DNA of 64,000 nucleotides from Chloroflexota bacterium (GTDB taxonomy: Bacteria > Chloroflexota > Limnocylindria > QHBO01): contig JBBDRZ010000006.1 of the NCBI GenBank assembly GCA_040905185.1, positions 8,039 through 72,038 of the forward strand, in the 5' to 3' direction. Made by a program: the position numbers and the translations under genes. The notes under the pieces are model-generated. The model searched no databases. It was not told the origin of the DNA and saw only the letters and a list, made by a program, of their open reading frames with translations. This document shows, in pieces, positions 40,522 to 51,137 of this stretch. Each line of letters starts with the position of its first letter. Within the stretch, counting starts at the first letter, position 1.

Positions 40522-42143
40522 CACTTCGGGGCGAACTGCGGAACGCGGTGGTGGCCGCCCGAGACCGCGCGGTGGCGGCCGGGGAGCTGGTGCTCCCCGA
40601 GGGAGCGGCACTCCCCGAGCCGAGCGTCGAGCGGCCGGCGCTGGCCGAGCACGGTGACTACGCCACCAATGCGGCCATGCAGCTGGCACCCCTCGCGCGA
40701 TCCTCACCGCTGGCCATTGCCGAGACGCTGGTCCGTCACCTCGAAGCGCCGGCTGGGGTGGGAGCGGCCACCGTGGAGCGGCCGGGGTTCATCAACTGGC
40801 GCCTCGATCCGGGCTGGGTCGCAGACCAGGTCCCGGCCATCCTGGCCGCCGGACCGGATTGGGGCCGGTCGGACGGGCTGGCCGGCGAGCGCATCAACGT
40901 CGAGTTCATCAGCGCCAACCCCACCGGTCCACTCCACATCGGCAACGGGCGCGGTGGTTTCATCGGCGACACGCTGGCCAACCTGCTCGCGGCCGCCGGG
41001 GCGGATGTGACCCGCGAGTACTACGTCAACGACTACGGGAGCCAGGTCCGCGACTTCGGACAATCGGTGTACCTGGCGCGGACCGGCCAGTCCGGCGAAG
41101 CCGGGTACCGGGGCGCCTACATCGGTCAGCTGGCAGCGGACGTGCCGGACGACGCGCTGGCATCGGCCAACCCGTTGGAGGCCATCGGGGAGTGGGCCTG
41201 GAACCGGGTCTACGACGACATCAAGCGCACCATCAGCCGGCTCGGGATGCGCATCGACGTCTGGCGCTCCGAGCGCGAGCTGCACGAGGCGGGAGAGGTC
41301 AGCGCGGCCATCGATCGGCTTCGGAGGGCAGGCCACGTGTACGAGAGCGAGGGGGCGACCTGGTTCCGCTCCACCACCTTTGGCGACGACAAGGACCGGG
41401 TGCTCATCCGCTCCAATGGCCAGCCGACGTACTTCGCGGCCGACATTGCGTACCTGCTCGACAAGTTCGAGCGTGGGTTCGGCCGCCTCATCTACATCCT
41501 GGGCCCGGACCACCACGGGGCCATCGCCCGCTGGAAGGGAGCGGCTGCCGGCCTGGGCCATGACCCGGACGCGGTGGAGTTCATCATCTATCAGCACGTG
41601 TCGCTGGCCGGCGGTGCGGCGATGAGCAAACGCGAGGGCAGCTTCGTGACCCTCGATGAGCTGGTCGACGAGGTGGGCGCTGACGCGACCCGATTCCTGT
41701 TCACCCTGCGCTCGGCGAACCAGCATCTGGAGTTCGACCTCGAGCTGGCCCGCCAGCAGTCGAACGAAAACCCGGTCTATTACGTTCAGTACGCCCACGC
41801 TCGCTGTTCGTCGATCCTCCGTCAGCCGGCCGCGGCGGCGCTGCCGGACAGCCCCGGAGAGGCCGCGTCGCGGCTGACCCATCCGGCCGAGCAGGCGCTC
41901 ATCCGGCACCTGATCCGCTTGCCGGAGGTGGTCGCGGACTCCGCCATGCGACGCGAGACGCACGAGCTCCCGCGATACGCGATGGAGGTCGCCAACCTGT
42001 TCAGCCAGTTCTACCGCGACTGCCGGGTCCTGACCGATGACGCAACGCTCAGCACGGCGCGCCTGGCCGTGGTGCGGGCCACCCGCCAGGTGCTCGCGAA
42101 CAGCCTGGGCTTGGTCGGCGTGCGCGCGCCGGACTCGATGTAG
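40518..42143 (+). CDS. argS: arginine--tRNA ligase
   Basis: Class I HIGH-like PTGPLHIGNGR and MSKR (KMSKS), and a DALR anticodon-binding C-terminus. Confidence 0.95.
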   Translation: MTLRGELRNAVVAARDRAVAAGELVLPEGAALPEPSVERPALAEHGDYATNAAMQLAPLARSSPLAIAETLVRHLEAPAGVGAATVERPGFINWRLDPGWVADQVPAILAAGPDWGRSDGLAGERINVEFISANPTGPLHIGNGRGGFIGDTLANLLAAAGADVTREYYVNDYGSQVRDFGQSVYLARTGQSGEAGYRGAYIGQLAADVPDDALASANPLEAIGEWAWNRVYDDIKRTISRLGMRIDVWRSERELHEAGEVSAAIDRLRRAGHVYESEGATWFRSTTFGDDKDRVLIRSNGQPTYFAADIAYLLDKFERGFGRLIYILGPDHHGAIARWKGAAAGLGHDPDAVEFIIYQHVSLAGGAAMSKREGSFVTLDELVDEVGADATRFLFTLRSANQHLEFDLELARQQSNENPVYYVQYAHARCSSILRQPAAAALPDSPGEAASRLTHPAEQALIRHLIRLPEVVADSAMRRETHELPRYAMEVANLFSQFYRDCRVLTDDATLSTARLAVVRATRQVLANSLGLVGVRAPDSM

Positions 42144-42163
42144 CGATCCGGCGGGCCGCCGGG

Positions 42164-43432
42164 TCAGAGGGGCGCGCCGACCAGCGCTTCCGCCAATGCC
42201 TGGGTCGAGGCCTGGGTGACGACGATCTCCGTGTCGCTGATCCGGTTCAGGTGGCCGAACAGCCGCAGCGTCTCGAGGGCGTCGGCGTATGCGGCCTCGA
42301 ACTGGTCCGCGTCCACCGGGGTGTCCCATGCCACGCGCAGCACGACGGCCACCTCCCCTTCCGGCGAGACCAGGGCGGTCACCCGGTCACCGCCCCAACC
42401 GGCGGCGGCCGTGTCCGCATCGGCCTGGTCCAGGCCATGATGGGCCAGCCAGATCGCGATCATGGCCTCGCCCAGGGTCGTGTCCTCGACGATGTCGACG
42501 CCCAGGGCGCGCACGTCAGGGTCGATTTCGGGCACGACCACCGGCAGGTCGTTCTCGACATATGACCGGAAGTGGAGCACCTGCTCGGTGGAGACGGGCG
42601 GGTCGGCCCACGCCTCGTCGACTGCGGCAAAGCCGCCACGCGCGTAGAGCTGGGCCACGAAATCGGTCCCCGCCAGGTAGGGGAACTCGAGCTGGCGAAG
42701 CATCCAGTCGGGCACGCCCGTGGTGTCGGGGAGCGGCGTCTGGCTGATCTCGAGAAGGTCCTCGGCCCGGAGGTGATCGATGGCCCACAGGACCATGGCC
42801 GTCGTCGCGTCGCCCTCGACCAGCCCCAGCCGCGCGAACGCGCCGTCGTCGTCGCCATCTGCGTCAAGCTCCATCGAGTCGATCCCGAATGCCGCGTCCT
42901 GCAGGGCGTGGGTGTACTCGTGGGCGTAGGTCACCTGGGCCTCCGGGGTGAGCCCGGCGCCGGACACGATCACCATGGACTGGGTCACGTCGTCGTAATA
43001 CCCGAGCACCTGGCCCGAGAGGAGCTGGAGCTGGAGGGCGGCCACGTCCTGGTCGGCGGTCAGGAGGCCCAGCCCCTGCAGGAGGGCATTGTCGGCGGCG
43101 ACCTCATCGGCCGGGTAATCCTGGACGAACTGATCGGCCAACCGCCGCTCGACCTCGGCTCGGGAGACGAACTCGGCCGGACCGATGTCGGCCGGGGGCA
43201 GGTCGCGCAGGTCGGCGACGTCGGCCTCCAGTGCCGCCAGCACATCCTCGATGTCGGGCGATGGCCCACCGCTGGGCTCGGGCGTGGCGCTCGGCGCGGG
43301 GAGCGGCGTGGCGCTGGCCAGGGGTCCAATCGCGATCGGCACGCCGAAGGCGCGCAGGGTCAGGACCGTGATCAGGGCGAGGGTCAAGACCAGGGTCACG
43401 ACGGCGATCAGGCGCCGGGCGAGAGGCGGCAT
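42164..43432 (-). CDS. membrane-anchored putative zinc metalloprotease (HExxH)
   Basis: N-terminal TM anchor, P/S linker, HEYTHAL zinc-binding motif. The family is not recognised. Confidence 0.45.
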   Translation of the reverse strand: MPPLARRLIAVVTLVLTLALITVLTLRAFGVPIAIGPLASATPLPAPSATPEPSGGPSPDIEDVLAALEADVADLRDLPPADIGPAEFVSRAEVERRLADQFVQDYPADEVAADNALLQGLGLLTADQDVAALQLQLLSGQVLGYYDDVTQSMVIVSGAGLTPEAQVTYAHEYTHALQDAAFGIDSMELDADGDDDGAFARLGLVEGDATTAMVLWAIDHLRAEDLLEISQTPLPDTTGVPDWMLRQLEFPYLAGTDFVAQLYARGGFAAVDEAWADPPVSTEQVLHFRSYVENDLPVVVPEIDPDVRALGVDIVEDTTLGEAMIAIWLAHHGLDQADADTAAAGWGGDRVTALVSPEGEVAVVLRVAWDTPVDADQFEAAYADALETLRLFGHLNRISDTEIVVTQASTQALAEALVGAPL

Positions 43433-43564
43433 CGGTCAGGCATTCTGGCATGAAAGGTTCAGGTTTCTTCACATCGGCGCGGTTGTGGCTTCATGTCCGA
43501 CGTCTACCTTGAGCATGTGAGTCAGAGATCCTTCGGGATTTCTCCTCCACCCTCCCTCCTTCGG

Positions 43565-43610
43565 GCGCCGGTGTCATTGGGCGGGCACCGGCGCTCGTGC
43601 TTTTCTGGCG
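43565..43610 (+). terminator. GC-rich hairpin (GCGCCGGTG...CACCGGCGC) followed by TCGTGCTTTTCTGG; intrinsic terminator/attenuator-like element with no upstream plus-strand gene
   Basis: Read directly from the sequence. Located in the 200-nt divergent intergenic region upstream of the MBL-fold hydrolase gene. Confidence 0.3.
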
Positions 43611-43636
43611 CGGTTGTGGGGTAGCATCGGTCACCC

Positions 43637-44278
43637 GTGGAGATCACCTGGTACGGCCGCGCGTGCTTCCGGCTCAAGGGCCGCCGCGCGACGGTCATCA
43701 CCGACCCCTGTCCGCCCAAGACCGGGTTCGTGGCCGGCAAGCACGATGTCGACCTGCTCACCATCTCCCACCACCATGCGGATCACGCCTACACCCGCTC
43801 CATCAGCGCCGGGCTGACCCTGACCCGGCCCGGCGAGTACGAGTTCGCCGACCTCCTGGTCACCGGGGTGAAGACCTGGCACGACGCGGCCGAGGGGACC
43901 GAGCGGGGCGAGAACGTCATCTTCGCCTTCGAAATCGACGGGGTTCACGTCTGCCACCTGGGCGACCTGGGCCACCTGCTGACCGATGAGCAGCTCCACG
44001 AGCTGGGACCTATCGACGTGCTGCTGGTGCCGGCCGGCGGGCAGACGACCATCTCGCCGGCCGAGGCGGCCGAGGTGGTCGCTCAGCTGGAACCGAAGGT
44101 CGTCATCCCCATGCACTTTGCCACCGACGGTGGCTCGAAGGATCTGCTGGGGCCGGAAACCTTCCTCCACGAGCTGGCCACCGAGCCGATCCGGCTGCCG
44201 AAGGCCAGCCTGACCCCGACCACCCTCCCCGAGGAGACCCAGGTCGTCCTGCTCGAGGCGCGCGGCCGGACCGGCTGA
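43637..44278 (+). CDS. MBL-fold metallo-hydrolase
   Basis: HHHADH metal-binding motif, plus downstream HxGD and H residues of the beta-lactamase fold. Confidence 0.8.
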   Translation: MEITWYGRACFRLKGRRATVITDPCPPKTGFVAGKHDVDLLTISHHHADHAYTRSISAGLTLTRPGEYEFADLLVTGVKTWHDAAEGTERGENVIFAFEIDGVHVCHLGDLGHLLTDEQLHELGPIDVLLVPAGGQTTISPAEAAEVVAQLEPKVVIPMHFATDGGSKDLLGPETFLHELATEPIRLPKASLTPTTLPEETQVVLLEARGRTG

Positions 44279-44299
44279 CGGGTCTCCCGGCAGTCGGAT

Positions 44300-44540
44300 T
44301 GGCGGGAGGGGTACTTCGGTCCTAGGACCCTTCACCAGTACCGATGGGGACCATTGGTGCTTGGGCGCACCATTAACTGCGAGAGCGTCTGCACTAGACC
44401 CCACCGGACTATTCGACGAGCTGTCAGAAAGTACTAGGCAAGCCAGGACCTAGCCTGTATCTTTCGGCTCCGAATACCCCAGGGGGGCCGGTCAGCGGAC
44501 GCTGCCGGAACCAAGGGGGCAACCGAAAAGGAGACCGGCA
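44300..44540 (+). promoter_or_regulatory. conserved 5' leader (copy 1) shared with the paralogous downstream gene; candidate cis-regulatory RNA ending in AAAAGGAG RBS
   Basis: Blocks shared with 45395..45623: GTAC(C/T)GATGGGG, GGTGCT.G.GCGCACCA.TAAC.GCG, GTACTAGGCAA, CCAAGGGGGCCGG.CAGCGGA.GC.GCCGGAACCA, then RBS and TTGAC.GTCCA..CGCAGACACCCGCCCGTC. Confidence 0.5.
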
Positions 44541-45248
<708 letters not shown>

Positions 45249-45255
45249 CCCGTCG

Positions 45256-45284
45256 TCAGGCCCCCGGACAACCCGGGGGCCTGA
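45256..45284. terminator. stem-loop CAGGCCCCCGG-ACAA-CCCGGGGGCCTG
   Basis: Perfect 11-bp GC stem immediately after the stop codon. There is no U-tract, as is common in high-GC Gram-positives. Confidence 0.6.
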
Positions 45285-45394
45285 TCGGTTCCTCGAGTTC
45301 GCCTTTCCTCGAGTCGCCGATTCATCCAGCCCCCCTGGCAGGGACGGGGTACGGGTCAAACCGTACCCCGTTCTCTGTTGTGGCCTATAGCCGG

Positions 45395-45623
45395 GCACAC
45401 CTGCCACTCAGGTAGTACTGATGGGGGCGACTGGTGCTCGCGCGCACCACTAACAGCGGGCTGCCCGGACTGGTCCCCACCGCAGCCCACCGGACCTCCC
45501 GGCGGATCGGAAAAAGGTACTAGGCAACCCCCGTACCCGCGTGTACTGTTCAACCCCGAACGCCCAAGGGGGCCGGCCAGCGGATGCCGCCGGAACCAGG
45601 GAAAATCAGAAGGAGATCCGGCA
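45395..45623 (+). promoter_or_regulatory. conserved 5' leader (copy 2) upstream of the second surface-protein gene; RBS AGGAG 8 nt before TTG
   Basis: See copy 1. The sequence blocks are conserved in the same order. Confidence 0.5.
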
Positions 45624-46757
45624 TTGACCGTCCAAGCGCAGACACCCGCCCGTCGCGCGACCCGGCTGACCCTGGTGATCGCCGCGAGCGCCATCCTCGT
45701 ATTGATCGTGGCCGGCGCAGTCGCCGTCGTCGCGCCGATCTTGACCGCGGCCACGGCCACCGTCACCCTCGAGGACGGAGTCGAGGGCTGCATGGGCGTC
45801 CGAACGACGCCCGGCAGCGAGAACACCACGAAGGAACTGGTTGGCGGCACGCTCGAGCCGGGCGGCACAGCCCTGTTCCGGTTCACGTTCCCCGCAGTGG
45901 AGAACGGAAACCCCGGCCAGGAAGAGTGGAGGATCACCGACTGCGTCTTCCTAAATAACGAGCCCTTCCAGAAGTACGACGTCACGGCATTGGAGAACGA
46001 CGAAAGCCCGGTGGTGATCGAATTCGTGCTCACCATCCCGGCCGACACGCCCGTGGGCGCCGAGTACTGCAACTACGCGAAAACGACGCAGACCCCCAGC
46101 GACGAGCAGGGAAGCAACCGGAAAGCCGGTCCCGCGTGCTTCATCGTCGGTGGCGCGCTTCGGATCGAGAAGAATGACGCGAGCGGCGCTCCACTGGCCG
46201 GCGCGACGTTCACCGTCGCTTGCGACTGGCCCAATGTCTCCGAGGAGACCTTCCTGCCGGACACCATCCTGAGCGCCCCAACCAACGGCACGATCACCCC
46301 GCCGGGCGGCGTCTCGACGGTAACCATCGATTCAACCGATGATGGATCGTTCACCAGGACCGTCGTGACCGGCAACCTTGGCGTCATCACCGTGAACGGC
46401 CCAGTCGACACGGAGTGCACCTTCACCGAGATTGCGGCACCTGCTGGATACATCGCCCCCACGCCACCGAACAACACGGTGACGCTGACCATCGACGATG
46501 CCGGCCAGCAGACGCATGCGTTCGTGAACGTGCTGCCGTCCACTCCGACGCCGACGCCGACCCTCACGCCGACCCCCACGCCTGAGGGCACCCAGGCCGG
46601 TGGGACGGGAACCCCAGCGCCATCGTTGCCGAGCACGGGCATGAATCTGCCGGTTATCGGTGGCACGTTGGCGGCCATTCTCTTCGGCGCAATCCTGATC
46701 GCCTCCTTGGGCGCGCTGGCCTACGTGAACGTCGTCGCGGTGCGGCGCCGCCGCTGA
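45624..46757 (+). CDS. cell-wall-anchored surface protein with CnaB/SpaA-type (prealbumin-like) domain, LPSTG sortase motif, TTG start
   Basis: N-terminus LTVQAQTPARRATRL is paralogous to the upstream gene. GALRIEKNDASGAPLAGATFTV...FTEIAAPAGY resembles a CnaB/SpaA isopeptide-type domain. TPTPTPTLTPTPTP linker. LPSTG, a TM helix and an RRRR tail. Confidence 0.7.
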   Translation: MTVQAQTPARRATRLTLVIAASAILVLIVAGAVAVVAPILTAATATVTLEDGVEGCMGVRTTPGSENTTKELVGGTLEPGGTALFRFTFPAVENGNPGQEEWRITDCVFLNNEPFQKYDVTALENDESPVVIEFVLTIPADTPVGAEYCNYAKTTQTPSDEQGSNRKAGPACFIVGGALRIEKNDASGAPLAGATFTVACDWPNVSEETFLPDTILSAPTNGTITPPGGVSTVTIDSTDDGSFTRTVVTGNLGVITVNGPVDTECTFTEIAAPAGYIAPTPPNNTVTLTIDDAGQQTHAFVNVLPSTPTPTPTLTPTPTPEGTQAGGTGTPAPSLPSTGMNLPVIGGTLAAILFGAILIASLGALAYVNVVAVRRRR

Positions 46758-46774
46758 CCCAGGCGAACAGCAAT

Positions 46775-46800
46775 CAGGCCCCCGGGAAACCGGGGGCCTG
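46775..46800. terminator. stem-loop CAGGCCCCCGG-GAAA-CCGGGGGCCTG (same stem as 45256); bidirectional terminator between convergent genes
   Basis: Perfect GC stem. Lies between the surface-protein gene (+) and kbl (-). Confidence 0.6.
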
Positions 46801-46825
46801 ATTCGTTACTGGTGCCTGTCGCGTG

Positions 46826-48037
46826 TCAGATGAGGGCCAGCTCGCGACCCACCTTCTCGAATGCGGTCAGGCACGCGTCGAGGTCCTGGTCGGTGTGCTC
46901 GGCGGTCACGATCGTGCGCACTCGGCTCTTGGCCTCGGGCACGGTCGGGTAGCCAATCCCCTGGGCGAACACGCCCTCCTCGAACAGGCGATCCGACAGC
47001 TGCATGGCGAGCGCGCCGCCGCCGGCGATGACCGGCGTGATGGGCGTCTCGGACTGACCGATGTCGAAGCCCAGCTCCCGCAGCCCCTCCTTGAAGCGAC
47101 GGGTGTTGGCCCACAGGCGCTCGATCCGCTCCGGCTCGGTTTCGAGGACCTCGATCGCCGCCAGGCATGCGGCGGCCACGCCGGGTGGATGCGAGGTCGA
47201 GAACAGGAACGGCCGCGCCCGGTGAATGAGCACGTCGCGCAGCGACTGGCTGCCGGCCACGTAGCCGCCCAGGACACCCATCGCCTTGGACAGGGTGCCG
47301 ACCTGGACGTGGACCCGCCCGTGCAGATCGAAGTGGTCGACCGTGCCGCGCCCGTTGCGTCCCAGGACGCCCGAACCGTGCGCGTCATCGACGTACACGA
47401 TCGCCTCCGCCTCCTCGGCCGCGTCGACGATCTCCGGCAGGCGGGCGATGTCGCCGTCCATCGAGAAGACGCCATCGGTGATGACCAGGATCGTCCGGTC
47501 TGCCCCGCCGGGCGCAGCCCGGATCTCGCGCAGGATGGCGCGCAGCGCATCGGTATCGGCATGCGCGAACAGGCGGCGCTCGGCCTTGGTCAGCCGGATG
47601 CCGTCAATGATGCTGGCGTGGTTGAGCTCGTCGGAGACGATGACCGCGCCCTCTCCGGCCAGGACGGGAATGGTCCCCGTGTTGGCCGTGAAGCCGGACT
47701 GGAAGGTGAGGGTGGCCTCCACCCCCTTGAAATCGGCCAACCGCGACTCGAGCTGCTGGTGGAGGGTCATGGTGCCGGCGATGGTCCGCACCGCTCCCGA
47801 TCCCGCGCCCAGGGCCTGGGTGGCGAAGATGGTCGCCTCGCGGAGCTTGGGGTGGGTGGTCAGGCCGAGGTAGTTGTTGCTCGACAGGGTGATGACCTCG
47901 CGGCCGTCGATCCGGCATCGGGCCTGCTGCTCGCTCTCCACCACCCGCAGGCGGCGGTACTGGCCCTTGGCGCGCAGGTCGTCGAGGTCGGCGTTCAGGA
48001 AGGCCAACGGATTTCGCCTGGACCGGACCGATGTCAT
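46826..48037 (-). CDS. kbl: glycine C-acetyltransferase (2-amino-3-ketobutyrate CoA ligase)
   Basis: PLP fold-type I alpha-oxoamine synthase with the lysine motif GTLSKAMG. Overlaps tdh by 4 nt. Confidence 0.85.
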   Translation of the reverse strand: MTSVRSRRNPLAFLNADLDDLRAKGQYRRLRVVESEQQARCRIDGREVITLSSNNYLGLTTHPKLREATIFATQALGAGSGAVRTIAGTMTLHQQLESRLADFKGVEATLTFQSGFTANTGTIPVLAGEGAVIVSDELNHASIIDGIRLTKAERRLFAHADTDALRAILREIRAAPGGADRTILVITDGVFSMDGDIARLPEIVDAAEEAEAIVYVDDAHGSGVLGRNGRGTVDHFDLHGRVHVQVGTLSKAMGVLGGYVAGSQSLRDVLIHRARPFLFSTSHPPGVAAACLAAIEVLETEPERIERLWANTRRFKEGLRELGFDIGQSETPITPVIAGGGALAMQLSDRLFEEGVFAQGIGYPTVPEAKSRVRTIVTAEHTDQDLDACLTAFEKVGRELALI

Positions 48038-49059
48038 GGCGTGAGCACCACCTTACCGGCATGCCGCGACCCCAGCAGGTCGAATCCCTGCTGCCAGTCG
48101 GCGAGATCGAACCGATGGGTGAGGATAGGCGCCACGTCCAGTGCCCCGGACCGCAGGAGCTGCTGGGTCCGCTCCCAGGTGTCGTAGATCCGGCGCCCGA
48201 AGACGCCATGCACCCGCACGCCTTTCTCGATGACCAGGTTCGACAGGTCGACCGCCACGGGCTCGCCAAAGATCCCCAGCAGGCTGACCCGCCCCCCGCG
48301 GGTCACGAAGCGCAGGGCCTGGTCCAGGGCCGCAGCCGACCCACTCATCTCGAGCACGGCATCCACCCCGTCCCCGCCGGTCGCCTCCAGCACCCGCGCG
48401 ACGGTGTCCGGCTCACGGCCGTCCAGGGCCAGGTCGGCGCCCATTCGGGCGGCCAGTCCCAGCCGGTACGGTTCGGTGTCGGTGGCCACCACCCAGGTCG
48501 CCCCGGCCGCCTTGGCAATGCCCACCGCGCACAGCCCGATGGGTCCGCAACCGGTGACCGCCACCGTCCGGCCCGCGATGGGCTCAACGAACGCGGCATG
48601 CACCGCGTTGCCCATCGGCTCCTGGAGGGCAACGACGGCCGGGTCGAGCCCATTGGATTCCACCGCGTTGGCTTCTGGGATGACCACGTACTCGGCGAAG
48701 CCGCCGTTGACGTGGGCGCCGATGACCCGCAGGTTGCGGCACAGGTGCGCGGAGCCGGCGCGGCACTGGGCACACGTGCCGCAGTACAGGTGCGATTCGA
48801 CCCCGACCAGGTCCCCCTCGCGGACACGGGTCACTCCCGCGCCGGCGGCCACCACCCGGCCGGCCAGCTCGTGGCCCAGGATGACCGGGGGCTTGATGTT
48901 CTCGGCCGCCCAGCGGTCCCACAGATAGATGTGGCGATCGGTCCCGCACACGCTGGCCGCTTCGATCCGGAGCTGGACCTCGCCCGGGCCCGGAGTGGGG
49001 ACGGGCGCGTCGATGATCTCGAGGCCCGGCTCGGCCCGGGTCTTGGCCAGGGCGCGCAT
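48034..49059 (-). CDS. tdh: L-threonine 3-dehydrogenase
   Basis: Zn-ADH motifs (GHELAG, CGTCAQCRAG, GCGPIGL) and Tdh-like overall conservation. Sits next to kbl. Confidence 0.9.
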   Translation of the reverse strand: MRALAKTRAEPGLEIIDAPVPTPGPGEVQLRIEAASVCGTDRHIYLWDRWAAENIKPPVILGHELAGRVVAAGAGVTRVREGDLVGVESHLYCGTCAQCRAGSAHLCRNLRVIGAHVNGGFAEYVVIPEANAVESNGLDPAVVALQEPMGNAVHAAFVEPIAGRTVAVTGCGPIGLCAVGIAKAAGATWVVATDTEPYRLGLAARMGADLALDGREPDTVARVLEATGGDGVDAVLEMSGSAAALDQALRFVTRGGRVSLLGIFGEPVAVDLSNLVIEKGVRVHGVFGRRIYDTWERTQQLLRSGALDVAPILTHRFDLADWQQGFDLLGSRHAGKVVLTP

Positions 49060-49988
49060 CAGGCGATGCCGGCCGGCTCGGTGATGCCGGCCGCCGTCGC
49101 GTGGTCGTCGGCGCGCGGCTGCTCATCAACGATGGTGTTCTCCAGGATCCCGACCCCGGCGATCTCACACCCCATGACGTCCCCACCCGACAGGTAGCGC
49201 GGCGGGTCGTGGTAGTGGCCGACCCCGGCCGGCGTGCCGGTGGCCAGGATGTCGCCCGGCTCCAAAGTGATCGATCGCGACACGAAGGCGATCAGGCTGG
49301 GCACGTCCCAGATCATCTCGGCCGTGGTCGATTCCTGCCAGGTCTCGCCATTGACCCAGGAGCGCAGCGCGAGCCGGCCGGGGTCGCCGATCTGGTCGCG
49401 GGTCACGACGACCGGCCCCATGGGCGCAAAGCCGTCCCAGCTCTTGGCCCGCAGCCACTGGCGGTCCTCGCGCTGGAGGTCGCGGGCGGTGACGTCATTG
49501 AGGATGGTGTAGCCGAAGACGTGATCCAGCGCCCGGTCGGGGGCCACCTGCGTTGCGCGACGCCCGATGACCACCGCCAGCTCGCATTCGAGGTCCAGCT
49601 TGTCGGTGGCGCGGGGCCGGACCAGCTGGGCGCCGGGGTCGCTGATGGCATTCGCGAACTTGGCGAACAGCATCGGGTAGGCCGGGGGCTCAACGCCCTG
49701 CTCACGGCAGTGGTCGTGGTAGTTCAGGCCCACGCACACGATCTTGCCCGGACGCGGCAAGGGCGACAGGTGTCGGATTTCGGTGACTGGGACGAGGGCT
49801 CTCGCGGCGGTATCGCCGGCGGCCAGTGCGTCCGCGATCATGGCCTCCGGGTCGAGCTTGGCCAGGACCCCACCCAAATCAGCGCCCAGCGCATCGGTCA
49901 GGTCCAGCACGCCGTCGGGCTGCTCGACGCCCAGCCGCCGGCCCGGCGGGCCCCAAGCCTGGGTATGGGCAAACGCGACCAGCCGCAT
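49059..49988 (-). CDS. fumarylacetoacetate hydrolase (FAH) family protein
   Basis: Start trimmed to MRLVAFAHT. FAH-fold motifs (KIVCVGLNYHDH, ELAVVIG, GDILATGTPAGVG). Stop/start overlap with tdh. Confidence 0.8.
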   Translation of the reverse strand: MRLVAFAHTQAWGPPGRRLGVEQPDGVLDLTDALGADLGGVLAKLDPEAMIADALAAGDTAARALVPVTEIRHLSPLPRPGKIVCVGLNYHDHCREQGVEPPAYPMLFAKFANAISDPGAQLVRPRATDKLDLECELAVVIGRRATQVAPDRALDHVFGYTILNDVTARDLQREDRQWLRAKSWDGFAPMGPVVVTRDQIGDPGRLALRSWVNGETWQESTTAEMIWDVPSLIAFVSRSITLEPGDILATGTPAGVGHYHDPPRYLSGGDVMGCEIAGVGILENTIVDEQPRADDHATAAGITEPAGIA

Positions 49989-49995
49989 CGGGCCG

Positions 49996-50430
49996 TCAGT
50001 CCTCGGTGAACCAGGACCGCGTGGCGGGCCGAAACAGGCCGGCGATGAGGACCACCGAGATGGCGGCGCCGAGTGGCAGCATGAGGGTGGTCCACCCCGC
50101 GGCCGCCTCGGCGGGCATGGCAAGGGCGACCGGCACCAGCCCAGCCAGGATGGGGGCCGGCAGGAGCGAGATGCCCAGCGCGAAGCCGAAACCGGCGCGC
50201 TTGTGCTGGAGCACCAGGGTCAGGCCAAAGAGGACCGCCGCCAGCTCGGCCATCATGAACAGGCCCAGGAGCGAGAAGGGCGCCTTCTCGCTGAAGTCGA
50301 CGAAGGCGATGATCCGGGGCAGGAGCAGCCCGGTAACCCCCAGTAGCAGCCCAACCCAGACGAACCAGGCCATGAGCCCGAACGAGGGGCGGTGGCGGGT
50401 GGCGGGGGGAGCCGGCTCCATGTCCGGCAT
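49996..50430 (-). CDS. small hypothetical membrane protein
   Basis: Start trimmed to MPDMEPAPP. About four TM helices. The stop is 8 nt from the FAH start. Confidence 0.35.
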   Translation of the reverse strand: MPDMEPAPPATRHRPSFGLMAWFVWVGLLLGVTGLLLPRIIAFVDFSEKAPFSLLGLFMMAELAAVLFGLTLVLQHKRAGFGFALGISLLPAPILAGLVPVALAMPAEAAAGWTTLMLPLGAAISVVLIAGLFRPATRSWFTED

Positions 50431-50464
50431 CGTAGCAAGGGGTCGTCCTCTACCATGCGGCGTC

Positions 50465-51121
50465 ATGTCCGTGCGCGCCCGCTCCCGCCCTGCGTCGCGG
50501 GCCATCCTCATCGGAGCGGCCTTCGTGACGCTCGTCGTGGCACTCGAGGCCTGCCTGCCGCTCCCCACCCAGACGCCGTCTCCCTCACCCAGGGCCACGC
50601 CCCGTGCCACGCCGACGGCCGAACCGAGCATCACGCCGGAGGCGACGCCCCGGCCCTACTCGCTTGAGAACCCGGCCCTGCAGGATGAACGTCTGATTCA
50701 GGTCACGGTGGCCCCCAACCTGGCCACCGACGCCTCGGGCCAGATCGTGGTGACGGTCACCAATCTCGACGCCACCCGCATCACGGAAATCGTCCTGCGC
50801 TGGTCGACGTCGCTGGACGAGCACCTGTTCCTGGCGCCGTTCGTCCCATCCTCCGACCGGATCTGCGAAGGCTGCCCCCCGCTCAGCTGGATTCAGGCCT
50901 GGACCAAGTGGGTGTGGGGGCCCGGTGAAAGCGGAGAGCCGGCCGGCACCACGTCGCTGGGGTGGGGTCCGCTGGATCCGGGCGCGACCCTGGTCATCCC
51001 GATCATCGCCAACCGCCGCAGGGATGGTCCGGTCGATTTCGACCTGCAGCTCCTGGCCGGGGAGGCGCTCCTCCGCCAGGAGGGCGGGCAACCGGCCTGG
51101 CTCCGGGTGACCGTCCCATGA
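50465..51121 (+). CDS. hypothetical lipoprotein
   Basis: Signal peptide with LEAC lipobox followed by a T/P/S-rich linker. The ORF-track start at 49826 is an extension antisense to the FAH gene and was rejected. Confidence 0.5.
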   Translation: MSVRARSRPASRAILIGAAFVTLVVALEACLPLPTQTPSPSPRATPRATPTAEPSITPEATPRPYSLENPALQDERLIQVTVAPNLATDASGQIVVTVTNLDATRITEIVLRWSTSLDEHLFLAPFVPSSDRICEGCPPLSWIQAWTKWVWGPGESGEPAGTTSLGWGPLDPGATLVIPIIANRRRDGPVDFDLQLLAGEALLRQEGGQPAWLRVTVP

Positions 51122-51137
51122 CGCAGGTCACCCTCCC

